Notes: generated by a model not told the origin, from the letters alone. DNA of 64,000 nucleotides from Desulfurivibrionaceae bacterium (GCA_046484585.1 JAWOIQ010000093.1:909-64908), one strand, 5' to 3'. Shown: positions 45,410 through 55,740, counted from the stretch's first letter. Program-made: numbers and translations.

Positions 45410-45610
45410 TCACTTCCTGAAAATCCAGAATATAACACTTAAAACAACGCTGACCAGAAGCATGGTTGTGATAGGAATAAATATTTTAAGATCAGGCCGG
45501 TTAATAACGATATCCCCGGGTAGTCTGCCGATCGGCAGTTTGGCCAGCCACGGCCAGAAAATCCCGACTGCCAGAATAGTCAAACCGATATAGATAATAG
45601 TTTTTTGCAT
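45410..45610 (-). CDS. DUF2905-like small membrane protein
   Basis: 66 aa with two TM helices and the motif LPIGRLPGDIVI. Confidence 0.65.
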   Translation of the reverse strand: MQKTIIYIGLTILAVGIFWPWLAKLPIGRLPGDIVINRPDLKIFIPITTMLLVSVVLSVIFWIFRK

Positions 45611-45625
45611 GATTAACCAGCCGGA

Positions 45626-48097
45626 TCAAGCTTCCCGGCCAAGAGGCTTGAACAGAATCAGCAGGCGTGGCAGCAGGGTCAGATCGGCGATAAAGGCGAC
45701 CAGCATCGCGAAGCCCGTGAAAATCCCGAAATAGATGGTCGGGATGAAGTTCGACAGCACCAGGATCGAAAAGCCGATGGTGATCGTGACCGTCGTATAA
45801 AGGATGGCCCGGCCGATACTGCGGTGGCACCGTTTCATGGTGGCAAGATAATTCCGGTCGGCGGGAAATTCCTTCTGGAAGCGATGGATGTAATGGATGG
45901 TATCGTCGACCGAGATGCCGATGGTGATCGAAGCGATGGTGATCGTCATCATGTCGAGGGGGATGTTCAGCCAGCCCATGGTTCCCAGAACCACCGTAAC
46001 CGGCATGATGTTGGGAATAATTCCGATCAGGGCCAGGTAGAGGGAGCGGAAAAGGATCAAAAACATCAGGCCGATGCCCATGAAGACCATGCCGATCGTG
46101 GCAATCTGCGACCGGAACAGGCTGTTCAGCATATTGTTGTAGAGGATGTGCATATTGGTGAAATGAATCCGTTCCCGGTCAAGACCCATCTCGGTCGTCA
46201 GAAAATCCTCGATCCGGACCAGCAGATCACCCCGTCCTCCCTGCCGGTGCGACTCGATTATCCTGGCCGTGAAGCGGGCCTGGGGGGGATTTTCCGCCAC
46301 GTAGGGTTCGACCACCATCTCCCTGATCTCCGGAGGCAGTCTCTTGTAGAGGATGGCCAATTCAAAATTGGCCAGGGGAGCGCCATCATTAAGCCGGGTG
46401 GTTATCTTGCCCAGGGTGGCCAGGGAAAGAACCTGGCCGATATTGGTCTGGGAATCGAGAAAATCGTGAATCCTTTCGAACTGTTCCATGGTATAGGCGT
46501 CGGCGTACCAGCGGCTTTGTTCAGCGCCGCCGCCCTCCTCCTCGAAAAAATCTTCTTCAGCCCCACCCTCCGGGACACCCGGCTCGAAATCGATGATCAG
46601 ATCGAGGGGGGTGGTGCCGCCCAGTTTGCGGTCGATCAGGCTCATGCCCTGGTATATCTCGGTGTTTTCCTTGAAATAATCGATAAAGCGGTTGTCGACC
46701 GTAAGCCTGGTCATGCCGATTCCGCTGACCGCTGCGATAATCAGGGTCAGCACGATAATCAGCTTGCCGTAACGCTCGGTAAATCCGGCGAAGACCATGG
46801 TGAAGGGATGGCTGAAATCCTCGACGGCGCCGGAATCGGTTTTTTTGAGGAGACAGACCGAGGCCGGGAAGAGAATAAAGGCCAGCAGGAAACTGACCAC
46901 CAGGCCGAAGGCCATCATCAGGCCGAAATCGATAACCGGCCTGATTTCGCTGACCACCAGAGAGCTGAAGGCGACCGCCGTGGTCAAGGCGGTATAAAAA
47001 CAGGGAGTGGCGATGGTCTTCACGGTTTCCAGGACCAGTTGATGCTGGCTTTTTTCGGGATTGCGGGCATGGATTTCGAGATAGCGTTCGATTAGATGGA
47101 TAGTCAGGGCCATGGTCAGAATCAGGGTCAGGGAAATAAAGTTGGAAGAAATCACCGTGACCCGCCAGTCCATCAGGCCCAGCATGCCGATCATGGTCAC
47201 CACCGCCGCTCCGCAGCACAGCAGGGAAAGGATCACCCAGCGCGCCCGCCGGAAGATGACGGCCAGGGTGACGATCAGCAGGATAAAGACTCCTGCCCCG
47301 AAAATGAGCAGGTCCTTTTCGATAAATCCGATCATGTCGGCCACGATCATCGCCACCCCGCCCAGGTACAGTTCGGCTTCCTGCCGGTGGCGGTCGACGA
47401 CCCCGCGGATCTCCTCGACGATCCGGGTATCCTCGTGCTGAATTTCGGTCAGCTTCTCGCGGTAGGCCCCAGAGACCTCCTCAAGCTCCCGCGCCTGCCG
47501 GCCGGTGAGTTCTCCTTTGGCTTCCTTGTCCCGCAGTTTATAGCGGCGGTTCAGAAGATCGCGGTATTCCCGATCGACGGGGAGGTTGATCAGGAGCGAG
47601 GTGGTCAGGCCGTCGTCGCTCAGGAGCCTCCCCTTGTAAAGCGGGTTCTCCCTTAACTCCCTGATGACCGTCTCCTTACCGACCCCCGATTTTTCCAGGG
47701 TCAGCAGGTTGTCGGCATCGGCCACTTCGCTGAGCGAAGCGCCGGTGGTGTAGATCAAGGGGACATCGAGGATGGTGGTGACCGACTCCACTCCTTTGAT
47801 CCGGCGCAGTCGGTCGCGAAGCTCTTTCAGGTCGGCAAGGGTTTCTGGCGCGAAAAGATCGTTTTCGGCGGTATAGGCGAGCAGGAGCAGGGCGCCGGAG
47901 CCGTAGCGCTCGGTGATCTGCCGGTAGTAGTAGAGATCGGCGTCATTCTCCAGGACCAGCGAATCGCCGGAGGCATCGAGCTTGAAATCGGGGATATGCC
48001 AGGCAAAAAAAGATACCGCCAGCAGGGTAACGATCAATGTCGCCACCGGCCGCTTGAGGACCAGGGATTCGTATATATTGGAAATAGCCTTTTTCAT
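45626..48097 (-). CDS. RND/MMPL superfamily transporter (HpnN-like, two SSD/MMPL halves)
   Basis: 823 aa with two 6-TM bundles separated by large loops, and repeated motifs such as GISVDDTIHY. Confidence 0.8.
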   Translation of the reverse strand: MKKAISNIYESLVLKRPVATLIVTLLAVSFFAWHIPDFKLDASGDSLVLENDADLYYYRQITERYGSGALLLLAYTAENDLFAPETLADLKELRDRLRRIKGVESVTTILDVPLIYTTGASLSEVADADNLLTLEKSGVGKETVIRELRENPLYKGRLLSDDGLTTSLLINLPVDREYRDLLNRRYKLRDKEAKGELTGRQARELEEVSGAYREKLTEIQHEDTRIVEEIRGVVDRHRQEAELYLGGVAMIVADMIGFIEKDLLIFGAGVFILLIVTLAVIFRRARWVILSLLCCGAAVVTMIGMLGLMDWRVTVISSNFISLTLILTMALTIHLIERYLEIHARNPEKSQHQLVLETVKTIATPCFYTALTTAVAFSSLVVSEIRPVIDFGLMMAFGLVVSFLLAFILFPASVCLLKKTDSGAVEDFSHPFTMVFAGFTERYGKLIIVLTLIIAAVSGIGMTRLTVDNRFIDYFKENTEIYQGMSLIDRKLGGTTPLDLIIDFEPGVPEGGAEEDFFEEEGGGAEQSRWYADAYTMEQFERIHDFLDSQTNIGQVLSLATLGKITTRLNDGAPLANFELAILYKRLPPEIREMVVEPYVAENPPQARFTARIIESHRQGGRGDLLVRIEDFLTTEMGLDRERIHFTNMHILYNNMLNSLFRSQIATIGMVFMGIGLMFLILFRSLYLALIGIIPNIMPVTVVLGTMGWLNIPLDMMTITIASITIGISVDDTIHYIHRFQKEFPADRNYLATMKRCHRSIGRAILYTTVTITIGFSILVLSNFIPTIYFGIFTGFAMLVAFIADLTLLPRLLILFKPLGREA

Positions 48098-48320
48098 TCA
48101 CGCCTCAAGGTTTCGACTTGGGTTATCTGCTGGATTACCGCCCTTCCCGCTGCATTTAAATCAAACCCGGGGAACATGACTCAGAGCCTGGCGCATCTCT
48201 GCTTGCCTGATTCCAATCATTCTATATCAGCCCGGCGGGAATTAAAAGCCCACTATAAGCAGGAGTGGATTTTAATCGCCGGCCGGGCAATTAACCTCGG
48301 GTTGGGCGAAAAGATCAGCC

Positions 48321-49250
48321 TCAGGCAAAACCAAGATCCTGCCGCAAGCTGATAACAGCCAGCTCCTTGGCTTTGGCCTCTACATCGACGGTCGCATTCA
48401 ACCCAAGCCAGCAGGAAGGAAAATCACCCGGGTCGATATAGTCGGCATGGGGCTTCGGTGACCCGTCCAGCCAGCCGTTTTTAGGCGAAGAGATATGGAA
48501 ATACGATTCCCGGCCCAGCTTCCGCCAGAGAGCGGCCGTCCTTCCGGTTGCCTCTTCGATAGAAAGCCCATCCGGCAGGCAGCGGTGATGATGAACGTCG
48601 TAAACCATGGGGATGGCCAGCTTTTCGCAAACCGGCAACAGATCGGCCGGGGTAAAGGAGTTGTCGTCATTCTCCAGAGTAAGCCTGCTTAATACTTTCC
48701 CTGGCAAACCCTCCAGGTTAGCGGCGAGGCGGACCAGGGCCTCTTCCTTGTCGCCATAGGCCCCACCGACATGGAGGTTGATGACCTCGGCTCCGAGCAG
48801 TTCGGCAAGCATCCCCTGGTAGCACAGTTCACGTACCGTGTTATTGACAACTTCCGGCCGCGGCGAGGCGAGAACATTGAACTGATCAGGATGAAAACTT
48901 AGACGCAGGTCATGGTTTTTCCGAAAAGCACGAATCTCCGCGCACAGGGCCGCAATCATGTTCCTGTCTGGGAGCTCTTCGAGGCGATAGCCCACTTCGG
49001 GATGGGTGAATCGGGGAAAAAGAGGCGAGAGAATCCGGAAGGCGCCAATACCGTGATCGGCGGCAAATCCCAGGGCCTGCCGAAGACTCAAGACGTTGTC
49101 AAAGCAGATCCCGGAGAGGCGGGCCAGCTGCTCGGGCCGGCTCAACTGCCGGAGGGCTCTGGCCGTTACCTGCCGAAACCTGATCGGCTCCTTCAGGAAT
49201 ATGCAGCATAACCCGAATCTGAGTTTTGCCGCCTTTTTTTTAACGGTCAT
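48321..49250 (-). CDS. uvsE: UV damage endonuclease
   Basis: 309 aa. RFGLCCIF..., the FRILSPLFP region and the YFHISSPK motif resemble UvdE. Confidence 0.8.
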   Translation of the reverse strand: MTVKKKAAKLRFGLCCIFLKEPIRFRQVTARALRQLSRPEQLARLSGICFDNVLSLRQALGFAADHGIGAFRILSPLFPRFTHPEVGYRLEELPDRNMIAALCAEIRAFRKNHDLRLSFHPDQFNVLASPRPEVVNNTVRELCYQGMLAELLGAEVINLHVGGAYGDKEEALVRLAANLEGLPGKVLSRLTLENDDNSFTPADLLPVCEKLAIPMVYDVHHHRCLPDGLSIEEATGRTAALWRKLGRESYFHISSPKNGWLDGSPKPHADYIDPGDFPSCWLGLNATVDVEAKAKELAVISLRQDLGFA

Positions 49251-49363
49251 TATTCAAATCAGCCAGGCGGAGGGAAACAGCACCTTTGCTCCTGCAAATG
49301 CGGCGTCACCGCGATAAAGATATAAATAATGCTATAACATATTGTCCGTGAAGTTCGGTAAAA

Positions 49364-49589
49364 TTTGATGGCGTCGCAAAAAGTCAAAAACCCTTCCTTC
49401 GACAGGCTCAGGATGAGTGGGGTAGCTTGCAGGCCTAGGGTGAGCGGAGCAACTTATACCCACAGGGCTTAAGTTTTCCTACGAGCAGACAAGCTGCTAA
49501 ACTCAGCTTTATTGATTTACCGGTCGTGCCGGGCTTGTCGAAGTATGTTCCCCTGATCTTTGCCTGACTTTTTTGCGAAAACTTATCAA
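49364..49589 (+). mobile_element. R2 MITE-like element (226 bp) with TIR TTTGATGGCGTCGCAAAAAGTC, enclosing R1 copy 5 (49455-49511)
   Basis: Left end TTTGATGGCGTCGCAAAAAGTC, right end GACTTTTTTGCGAAAACTTATCAA. Internal TTCGACAGGCTCAGGATGAGTGG module. R1 core TATACCCACAGGGCTTAAGTTTTCCTACGAGCAGACAAGCTGCTAAACTCAGCTTTA. Confidence 0.7.
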
Positions 49590-49725
49590 TTTTCAGGTTG
49601 AGATGTTTTTCCTCTACCCCTAAACTAATAGACAGGCACTCCCAATAAAACCACTCAAGGGGATTGAACCAGGACCGTGGTATTATCAATATAGTTGCCA
49701 CCTTGCACCCGCATCATTCCCGAAT

Positions 49726-49739
49726 GCTCACGGATTCAG
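49726..49739 (-). repeat. solo R3 terminal repeat (GCTCACGGATTCAG)
   Basis: Matches the R3 right end. Lies 6 nt upstream of ATG 49746. Confidence 0.5.
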
Positions 49740-49745
49740 TAAATC

Positions 49746-50720
49746 ATGAGAGAAAAAACAATGAACAGGGAACATCCCCCGATCAAAATCGGAATCAGCT
49801 CCTGTCTTCTGGGAGAGAAGGTACGCTATGACGGCGGCCATCAGCATGACCGGCTGATAACCGACCTCCTGGGCAGGTTTCTGGAATTCATTCCGGTCTG
49901 CCCCGAAGTGGAATGCGGTCTCGGCACCCCGCGGGAGGCCATGCATCTGGTCGGCAATCCGGACGATCCACGCCTGGTAACGATAAAAACCGGAATAGAC
50001 CATACCAGGCGAATACGGGAGTGGGCCGTCCGGAAAGTCGGGGATCTTGAAAAGGAGGGGCTGCACGGTTTTATCTTCAAGAGCAAGTCGCCCTCCAGCG
50101 GCATGGAACGGGTCAAGGTGTACGGGCATGGCCGGACGGTCCATCATAACGGGGTCGGCATTTTCGCCCGGGCCTTTATGGAGCACTTCCCCCTGCTGCC
50201 GGTCGAGGAGGACGGACGACTCCATGATAGCGCCCTGCGCGAGAACTTCATCGAGGCGATCTTCGCTTGCCGGCGCTGGCGCGAACTGCGGGCCGGCCCG
50301 AAGCGTCTCGGCCGCCTGGTCGACTTTCATACCGATCATAAGCTGCAGGTCATGGCCCACAGTGTCAGCCATTACCGGGAAATGGGCAAGCTGGTCGCCC
50401 GGGGCAGGGAGCTGCCGATCGACGATTTGCTCGACAGCTATGAAAAACTGCTGATGGAAGCCCTACGCTTAAAGCCCACGGTCAAGAAGCATGTCAATGT
50501 CCTGCAGCACATGGCCGGCTACTTCAAGAAACAGCTGACCGCCGCTGAAAAACAGGAATTGCAGGAGATCATCGAACAATACCGCCGGGAGCTGGTGCCG
50601 CTGATCGTGCCGGTCACCCTGATCAACCACTATGTCCGCAAGTACCGCGCCGATTACCTGGCCCGGCAGCATTACCTGAGCCCCCACCCCCTCGAACTTA
50701 AACTGCGCAACCACGCCTGA
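49746..50720 (+). CDS. DUF523 + DUF1722 (YbgA-like) protein
   Basis: 324 aa. IGISSCLLGEKVRYDGG (DUF523), and a C-terminal half with HYRELMA-type helices (DUF1722). ATG 49761 is an alternative start. Confidence 0.75.
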   Translation: MREKTMNREHPPIKIGISSCLLGEKVRYDGGHQHDRLITDLLGRFLEFIPVCPEVECGLGTPREAMHLVGNPDDPRLVTIKTGIDHTRRIREWAVRKVGDLEKEGLHGFIFKSKSPSSGMERVKVYGHGRTVHHNGVGIFARAFMEHFPLLPVEEDGRLHDSALRENFIEAIFACRRWRELRAGPKRLGRLVDFHTDHKLQVMAHSVSHYREMGKLVARGRELPIDDLLDSYEKLLMEALRLKPTVKKHVNVLQHMAGYFKKQLTAAEKQELQEIIEQYRRELVPLIVPVTLINHYVRKYRADYLARQHYLSPHPLELKLRNHA

Positions 50721-50732
50721 GGCAGCGAAGCA

Positions 50733-52163
50733 ATGAAGATCCTGGTCACCGGCGCGACCGGTTATATCGGCAGACGGCTGAAGGAACGGCTCCTAGGCAA
50801 ACCTGACTGCCGGCTGCGCCTCCTGGTCCGCAACCGCAACAAGGTACGCCCCTCGGTTCGCGACCGGGTCGAGATCGTCGAGGGCGACACCTTTAACGAA
50901 GAACCCCTCAACCGGGCCCTGGCCGGGATCGAGGTGGCCTACTACCTGATCCATTCCATGGGTTCCGCCAAGGATTACCGGGATCTCGACCGGCTCAGCG
51001 CCGAAAATTTCCGGGAAGCGGCGATCCGGGCCGGGGTAAAACGGATTATTTACCTGGGCGGCCTCGGCGTCAGGGAAACGGCCAGCAAGCACCTGTTGAG
51101 CCGGATCGAGACCGGCGAAGTGCTGAGCGCCAAACCGGAGTGGATCGAGACCATCTGGTTCCGGGCCGGGGTGATTATCGGCTCGGGCAGCGCCAGTTTC
51201 GAGATCATCCGCAACCTGGTCCAGAAGCTGCCGGTGATGGTCACCCCGAAATGGGTGAATACCCTGACCCAGCCCATCGCGGTTAATGATGTCATCTCCT
51301 ATCTCGCGGCAGCGGCCGATAAGGAATTTCCCGGCAACCTGACCGTCGATATCGGCTCATCCCCGATGTCCTTCCGGGAAATGATCCTGGAGGCGGCCGC
51401 GGTAATGAATCTCAAGCGCCTGATGATTCCGGTCCCGGTCCTGAGTCCCAAACTCTCCTCCTACTGGCTGATTCTCCTGACCCCGATCAATTATCAACTT
51501 GCCGCCGCCCTGGTAGAGGGACTTAAATCGGAAACCGTGGTCTTAAACGATCACGCCCGGCGGTATTTCCCGGAGATCGTACCTGTTTACTATCGGCAAG
51601 CCATCCGGCAGGCCATGGGAGAACTGGAGGACAACCAGGTCTTGAGCCGCTGGTGCGACAGCAGCGGCGGCGCGGTCTGCGACATCAAGGACCTGGACGA
51701 CCCGACCTCGGCCGTTCTCCGGGACAGTCGGGAATACCCCCTCGGAGATGCGACCCCGGCTGAGGTCTTTACCGCGGCCTGCACCCTGGGGGGTGAGCAC
51801 GGCTGGTTCCGCTATCATTTCCTCTGGCAGTTCCGGGGTCTGGTAGATAAATTACTGGGAGGCTACGGTCTCAATCGGGGAAGGCGGGTCAGAGATGAAC
51901 TTCGGGTCGGTGATTCCCTCGATTTCTGGAAGGTGGCCGATCTCCGGGAAAACAAGAGATTACTGCTCCTCGCCCAGATGAAGGTGCCCGGCAAGGCCTG
52001 GCTGGAGTTCGATATCCAGCCGGACAAACTGGTCCAGACCGCCCATTTCCTGCCCAGCGGCCTCTGGGGCAGGCTTTACTGGTACAGCGTTGCGCCTCTC
52101 CATCACCTGGTCTTCTCCAACCTGGCCAGACAGATCGTCCTTCAGGCCCGTCGGAACCGGTAA
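50733..52163 (+). CDS. NAD(P)-binding (NmrA/SDR-like) + DUF2867 protein
   Basis: 476 aa with N-terminal ILVTGATGYIGRRL. The C-terminal half resembles DUF2867. Confidence 0.7.
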   Translation: MKILVTGATGYIGRRLKERLLGKPDCRLRLLVRNRNKVRPSVRDRVEIVEGDTFNEEPLNRALAGIEVAYYLIHSMGSAKDYRDLDRLSAENFREAAIRAGVKRIIYLGGLGVRETASKHLLSRIETGEVLSAKPEWIETIWFRAGVIIGSGSASFEIIRNLVQKLPVMVTPKWVNTLTQPIAVNDVISYLAAAADKEFPGNLTVDIGSSPMSFREMILEAAAVMNLKRLMIPVPVLSPKLSSYWLILLTPINYQLAAALVEGLKSETVVLNDHARRYFPEIVPVYYRQAIRQAMGELEDNQVLSRWCDSSGGAVCDIKDLDDPTSAVLRDSREYPLGDATPAEVFTAACTLGGEHGWFRYHFLWQFRGLVDKLLGGYGLNRGRRVRDELRVGDSLDFWKVADLRENKRLLLLAQMKVPGKAWLEFDIQPDKLVQTAHFLPSGLWGRLYWYSVAPLHHLVFSNLARQIVLQARRNR

Positions 52164-52297
52164 TCCGAGATGTCTTTCAGGGTACCCGCGAGTCAGGTTT
52201 TCAGATTGTAAAGTCGGAAAAGTCATTAGCGGCGATCAGTCGTCCGTTCCAGCGCCTTATCGGCAATTTGCCTTGAATCCTTTCGGCGGGGAAAGTC

Positions 52298-53362
52298 TTA
52301 TCCGCCAAGTGTGATATCCTGATCCTGGTACCACGCAAAAGCGTTGTATATATGCTCCGGCCTGAATTCAGGCCACAGTTCATCCACTACATAAAAATCG
52401 GAGTAAATTGTTTGGATCGGCAAAAAACCACTCAGCCTGCGCCGACTTCCCCATCTTACAACCAAATCGATCCTCGAAATGCCGGAGGAAGCGATCCTCT
52501 TCGTAAATCGCTCACCCTTGTCAGCACTATGATTATCAAGTGCCTGTTTAAGATCCCAGTTCCAACCGTAGTTTATAAGAAAATTCACCTTGATGCGCCC
52601 GGTTGCGGACTTGTCTCGTTTTGTAAAAGGAAGTAGTTCCGCCGGGAAGAGAGGCGTCTTGGTATTTCCCACTACCAGGATATCCACATCTTTTTGGGCA
52701 AGCAGCAGCACAGCTTCCACACAGGCCTGTCGGAAGGCATCGGTTTGCGGGGCTGGGCGTTTTGTGTTGTCCTGGGTAAAGCCGTAAAAAGTAATTTCCC
52801 TGACACCTCGCAGACCTTCACATATATTGTAAAGCTGTAAACCTGGTCCAACTCCATGTTTGTAGCCATCCTGTTTTCCCATACCATTGCGCTGTGCCCA
52901 CCTGCGGTTGCCATCCGGTATAATTCCAATGTGTTCAGGCAGCCGTTTAAAAGAAGGAAAATCCATTTTTTGCAACTCCGCTATTTTTAAATGCATATTT
53001 CCAGGTTCCCTTTTTATGCCCGCGTAATCGTTTCCGGAGGCGCTTGAGGGTATGCCGGCAAGAACCGTCTTGTATAGACTTTTCCAGATATAATAACCGG
53101 CTGAATAATAGATATTATGGAAAAAAAGCGAAATCGAAGTCAAGTCATAGAATTCCTCTGCCATCCGGATGAATTCGTGACAGATTTTGAGGCCGCCGCC
53201 CTTACCATATCGGGTAAGCGTCCGGGGGGAAACAACCGGGATGGCCAATAATGCCTGGATCGCGCCATGATTTGGGTCATATTTGGTCGTCTCGATTGAG
53301 CAAAACCAGGTGTAGCCCACCTCAAGAAGCTTATCCATGCCTAATAAGCGGAATTCGGCCAA
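52298..53362 (-). CDS. cis-prenyltransferase (UppS family) with ~120 aa unassigned N-terminal extension
   Basis: 354 aa ORF. The UppS core runs from HIGIIPDGNRRWA to DLVVRWGSRRRLSGF. Internal ATG 52996 (MHLKIAELQ...) would give a canonical-length enzyme. Confidence 0.7.
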   Translation of the reverse strand: MAEFRLLGMDKLLEVGYTWFCSIETTKYDPNHGAIQALLAIPVVSPRTLTRYGKGGGLKICHEFIRMAEEFYDLTSISLFFHNIYYSAGYYIWKSLYKTVLAGIPSSASGNDYAGIKREPGNMHLKIAELQKMDFPSFKRLPEHIGIIPDGNRRWAQRNGMGKQDGYKHGVGPGLQLYNICEGLRGVREITFYGFTQDNTKRPAPQTDAFRQACVEAVLLLAQKDVDILVVGNTKTPLFPAELLPFTKRDKSATGRIKVNFLINYGWNWDLKQALDNHSADKGERFTKRIASSGISRIDLVVRWGSRRRLSGFLPIQTIYSDFYVVDELWPEFRPEHIYNAFAWYQDQDITLGG

Positions 53363-53557
53363 AATTTGATCTGTTTTACTTTGACTTTCAATATCCTCAT
53401 CACGGTATGATTTTAAAAACAGAAATTGTTTATTATACGGTTATGGCTTTCTTCACCAAAGCCACTGGAAGCGTGAAATCCGTGCTAAAAACCTGGAGCA
53501 ACCTGAGGGTGCGTTTAGGCCCTGATTTATAAATGATTAGTCAAATTATCGGGAGAA

Positions 53558-54010
53558 ATGATCATGAAAAGCACAGAAACAGACAGAGTCCGGGCGCATA
53601 CTTCTGGAGAAATCAATCGCCAGATCGATCAGGAGACAGATGTTCGGGTGCGAAAATATTCCCAATTAAGCCCTGATGACATTACCCGCCGCATTGAAGC
53701 ACTGGATCGTGAATGGGATATGGAAAGGACCCTCGAAACCAACGCTTCCGTGTTTGGATTCACCGGGCTGGTCCTCGGCCTGACGCATAGCAAGAAGTGG
53801 TTGATGGTGCCGGGTCTAGTTTTATCATTCCTGTTCCAGCATGCGGTGCAGGGCTGGTGTCCGCCTGTCCCTGTCTTCCGTAGGCTGGGAGTGCGCACCC
53901 GTAGGGAAATAGATCGGGAGAAATACGCTTTAAAAGTCTTGCGGGGCGATCTGGATATCAAGAAGGCATTGCCGCGTGCCGAATCGGCCTTGAAGTCGGT
54001 GGATGCTTAA
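53558..54010 (+). CDS. DUF2892 (YgaP-like) membrane protein
   Basis: 150 aa with two TM helices and the motif QGWCP. Confidence 0.65.
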   Translation: MIMKSTETDRVRAHTSGEINRQIDQETDVRVRKYSQLSPDDITRRIEALDREWDMERTLETNASVFGFTGLVLGLTHSKKWLMVPGLVLSFLFQHAVQGWCPPVPVFRRLGVRTRREIDREKYALKVLRGDLDIKKALPRAESALKSVDA

Positions 54011-54097
54011 AAGACTGTAGTCAGGGGGGGGGAAAGAACTTTTGGGTTGCAAAAATACGCCACGACGCGGTAAATCGGGTTGCCATGCCTCTTTTGG

Positions 54098-54120
54098 GTG
54101 CTTTTTGCGACGCCATCAAA
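54098..54120 (-). repeat. solo R2 terminal repeat
   Basis: GTGCTTTTTGCGACGCCATCAAA is the reverse complement of TTTGATGGCGTCGCAAAAAGCAC. Confidence 0.6.
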
Positions 54121-54150
54121 TAAAGCGAAAGGGGCACTGAGGAGCTGTTC

Positions 54151-55740
54151 ATGGTCAATGTTCGTTTCCACGAAAACAGATTCTGGAAATGGATCCTGGG
54201 GATTGTCGGTCTCCTTTTCCTACTGCTGACCGCACTTTCTTATCTGGTTAACATTGATGCATTACGCGAGTACGCGGAACGGAGGATTAACCGGCAACTT
54301 AAGGGCTTTACGGTTCGCGTGGGCAAGGCTTATTTTCATCCGATCGGTCCATCCCTGGATCTGGACGAAATCGTCCTCATCCAGAATGAGTATCCCGACC
54401 CGCCGATTGCCGGCATCAAGCGCTTCCACGCCAGCGTGAACTGGCTGGCGCTTATCAAAGGAAGACTTGTAGGGGATATTCTGATTGAACGCCCCCAAAT
54501 ATATCTTAATTTGAAGCACTTCCGGACGGAGGAGAGTGAAACCGCCTTTGAGAAGGAAGGGTGGCAGGATGCTCTAGAGGCGGTCTTCCCACTGAAAATC
54601 AATGTTATGGAAATCAGTAACGGCGAGTTGACCTATGTGGACCAGGGTCCTTATCAGCCTCTCCACGTCGGTGAGGTATATCTCCGCGCCAACAATATCA
54701 GAAACATTTTTTCGCCGGAAAACACCTATCCTTCGCCGGTCAAACTCCGGGCGACCATCTTTGAGAAGGGAAAGCTTAATCTGGACGGCTTTGCCAATTT
54801 TCTCCAGAAGCCACGCTTGGGCTTCAAGGGGGCGGTGGACTTGAGAGAGATGGGTCTCGGCTATTTCACCCCGATCACCAAAAGACAGAATATTTTTGTA
54901 CACCAGGGTACGTTTTCCGCGCAAGGCAGTATGGAATTTGCCCGGGAAAACAGTACGGTGCATCTGCAGTCGATCGAAATTGAAGATCTCGATGCGGACT
55001 ATGAACTTCGCCCTGAAACCGCGGCGAAAAAAGAAGAACAGGTGCAAAAAGCCACTGAAACCGCCAAAGAGATGAGTAACGCGCCTACTGCCCAAATCCG
55101 GATCGACCTGCTGAAAATTACCCGGGGGACACTCGGATACCTGAACCGGACCACCGAGCCGACCGTTCGGATTTATACGGACCAAATTGAGGCAACCCTC
55201 AAGGATTTCAGCAACCAGATCGAGGAAGGCGCATCGGAATTTCAGATGCGCGGACGTTTTCTGGGTTCGGGCGACACTAACTTTACCGGGAGATTCCGGC
55301 CGGTTAGCAAGAGCCCGAATCTGGATCTTAAACTCGCCATTACCGATGTCGATATGAGGGCGATGGGCAGTATTTTTCAGGCCTATGGCAAATTTGATAT
55401 CAAAGGGGGAAATTTTTCCATTTTCTCCGAAATGGCGATCCGGAACGACCGCGTCCAAGGGTATGTCAAGCCGATCTTCAAGAACATGGAAGTGACCGAC
55501 ATGGGCACCGATGAGGAGAAGAGCCTCTTCGATAAGCTCTACACGGAGGCCGTGAGCGGCATCGCCGAAATCCTGGAAAACGAGCCGCGCCAAGAGGTGG
55601 CTACCGAGATCGATATCTCGGGCCCGCTGAAGGATCCCGAGGCCGACCCCGTGCAGATTATCATCAACCTGATTAAAAATGCCTTTTTCAAAGCCATCCT
55701 TCCCGGCTTCCGGCAAGAGTTAAACCAGGAAAATCAGTAA
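54151..55740 (+). CDS. DUF748 domain protein (N-terminal membrane anchor)
   Basis: 529 aa with a single N-terminal TM and a repetitive beta-rich body. The family call is from memory of DUF748/AsmA-like proteins. Confidence 0.55.
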   Translation: MVNVRFHENRFWKWILGIVGLLFLLLTALSYLVNIDALREYAERRINRQLKGFTVRVGKAYFHPIGPSLDLDEIVLIQNEYPDPPIAGIKRFHASVNWLALIKGRLVGDILIERPQIYLNLKHFRTEESETAFEKEGWQDALEAVFPLKINVMEISNGELTYVDQGPYQPLHVGEVYLRANNIRNIFSPENTYPSPVKLRATIFEKGKLNLDGFANFLQKPRLGFKGAVDLREMGLGYFTPITKRQNIFVHQGTFSAQGSMEFARENSTVHLQSIEIEDLDADYELRPETAAKKEEQVQKATETAKEMSNAPTAQIRIDLLKITRGTLGYLNRTTEPTVRIYTDQIEATLKDFSNQIEEGASEFQMRGRFLGSGDTNFTGRFRPVSKSPNLDLKLAITDVDMRAMGSIFQAYGKFDIKGGNFSIFSEMAIRNDRVQGYVKPIFKNMEVTDMGTDEEKSLFDKLYTEAVSGIAEILENEPRQEVATEIDISGPLKDPEADPVQIIINLIKNAFFKAILPGFRQELNQENQ

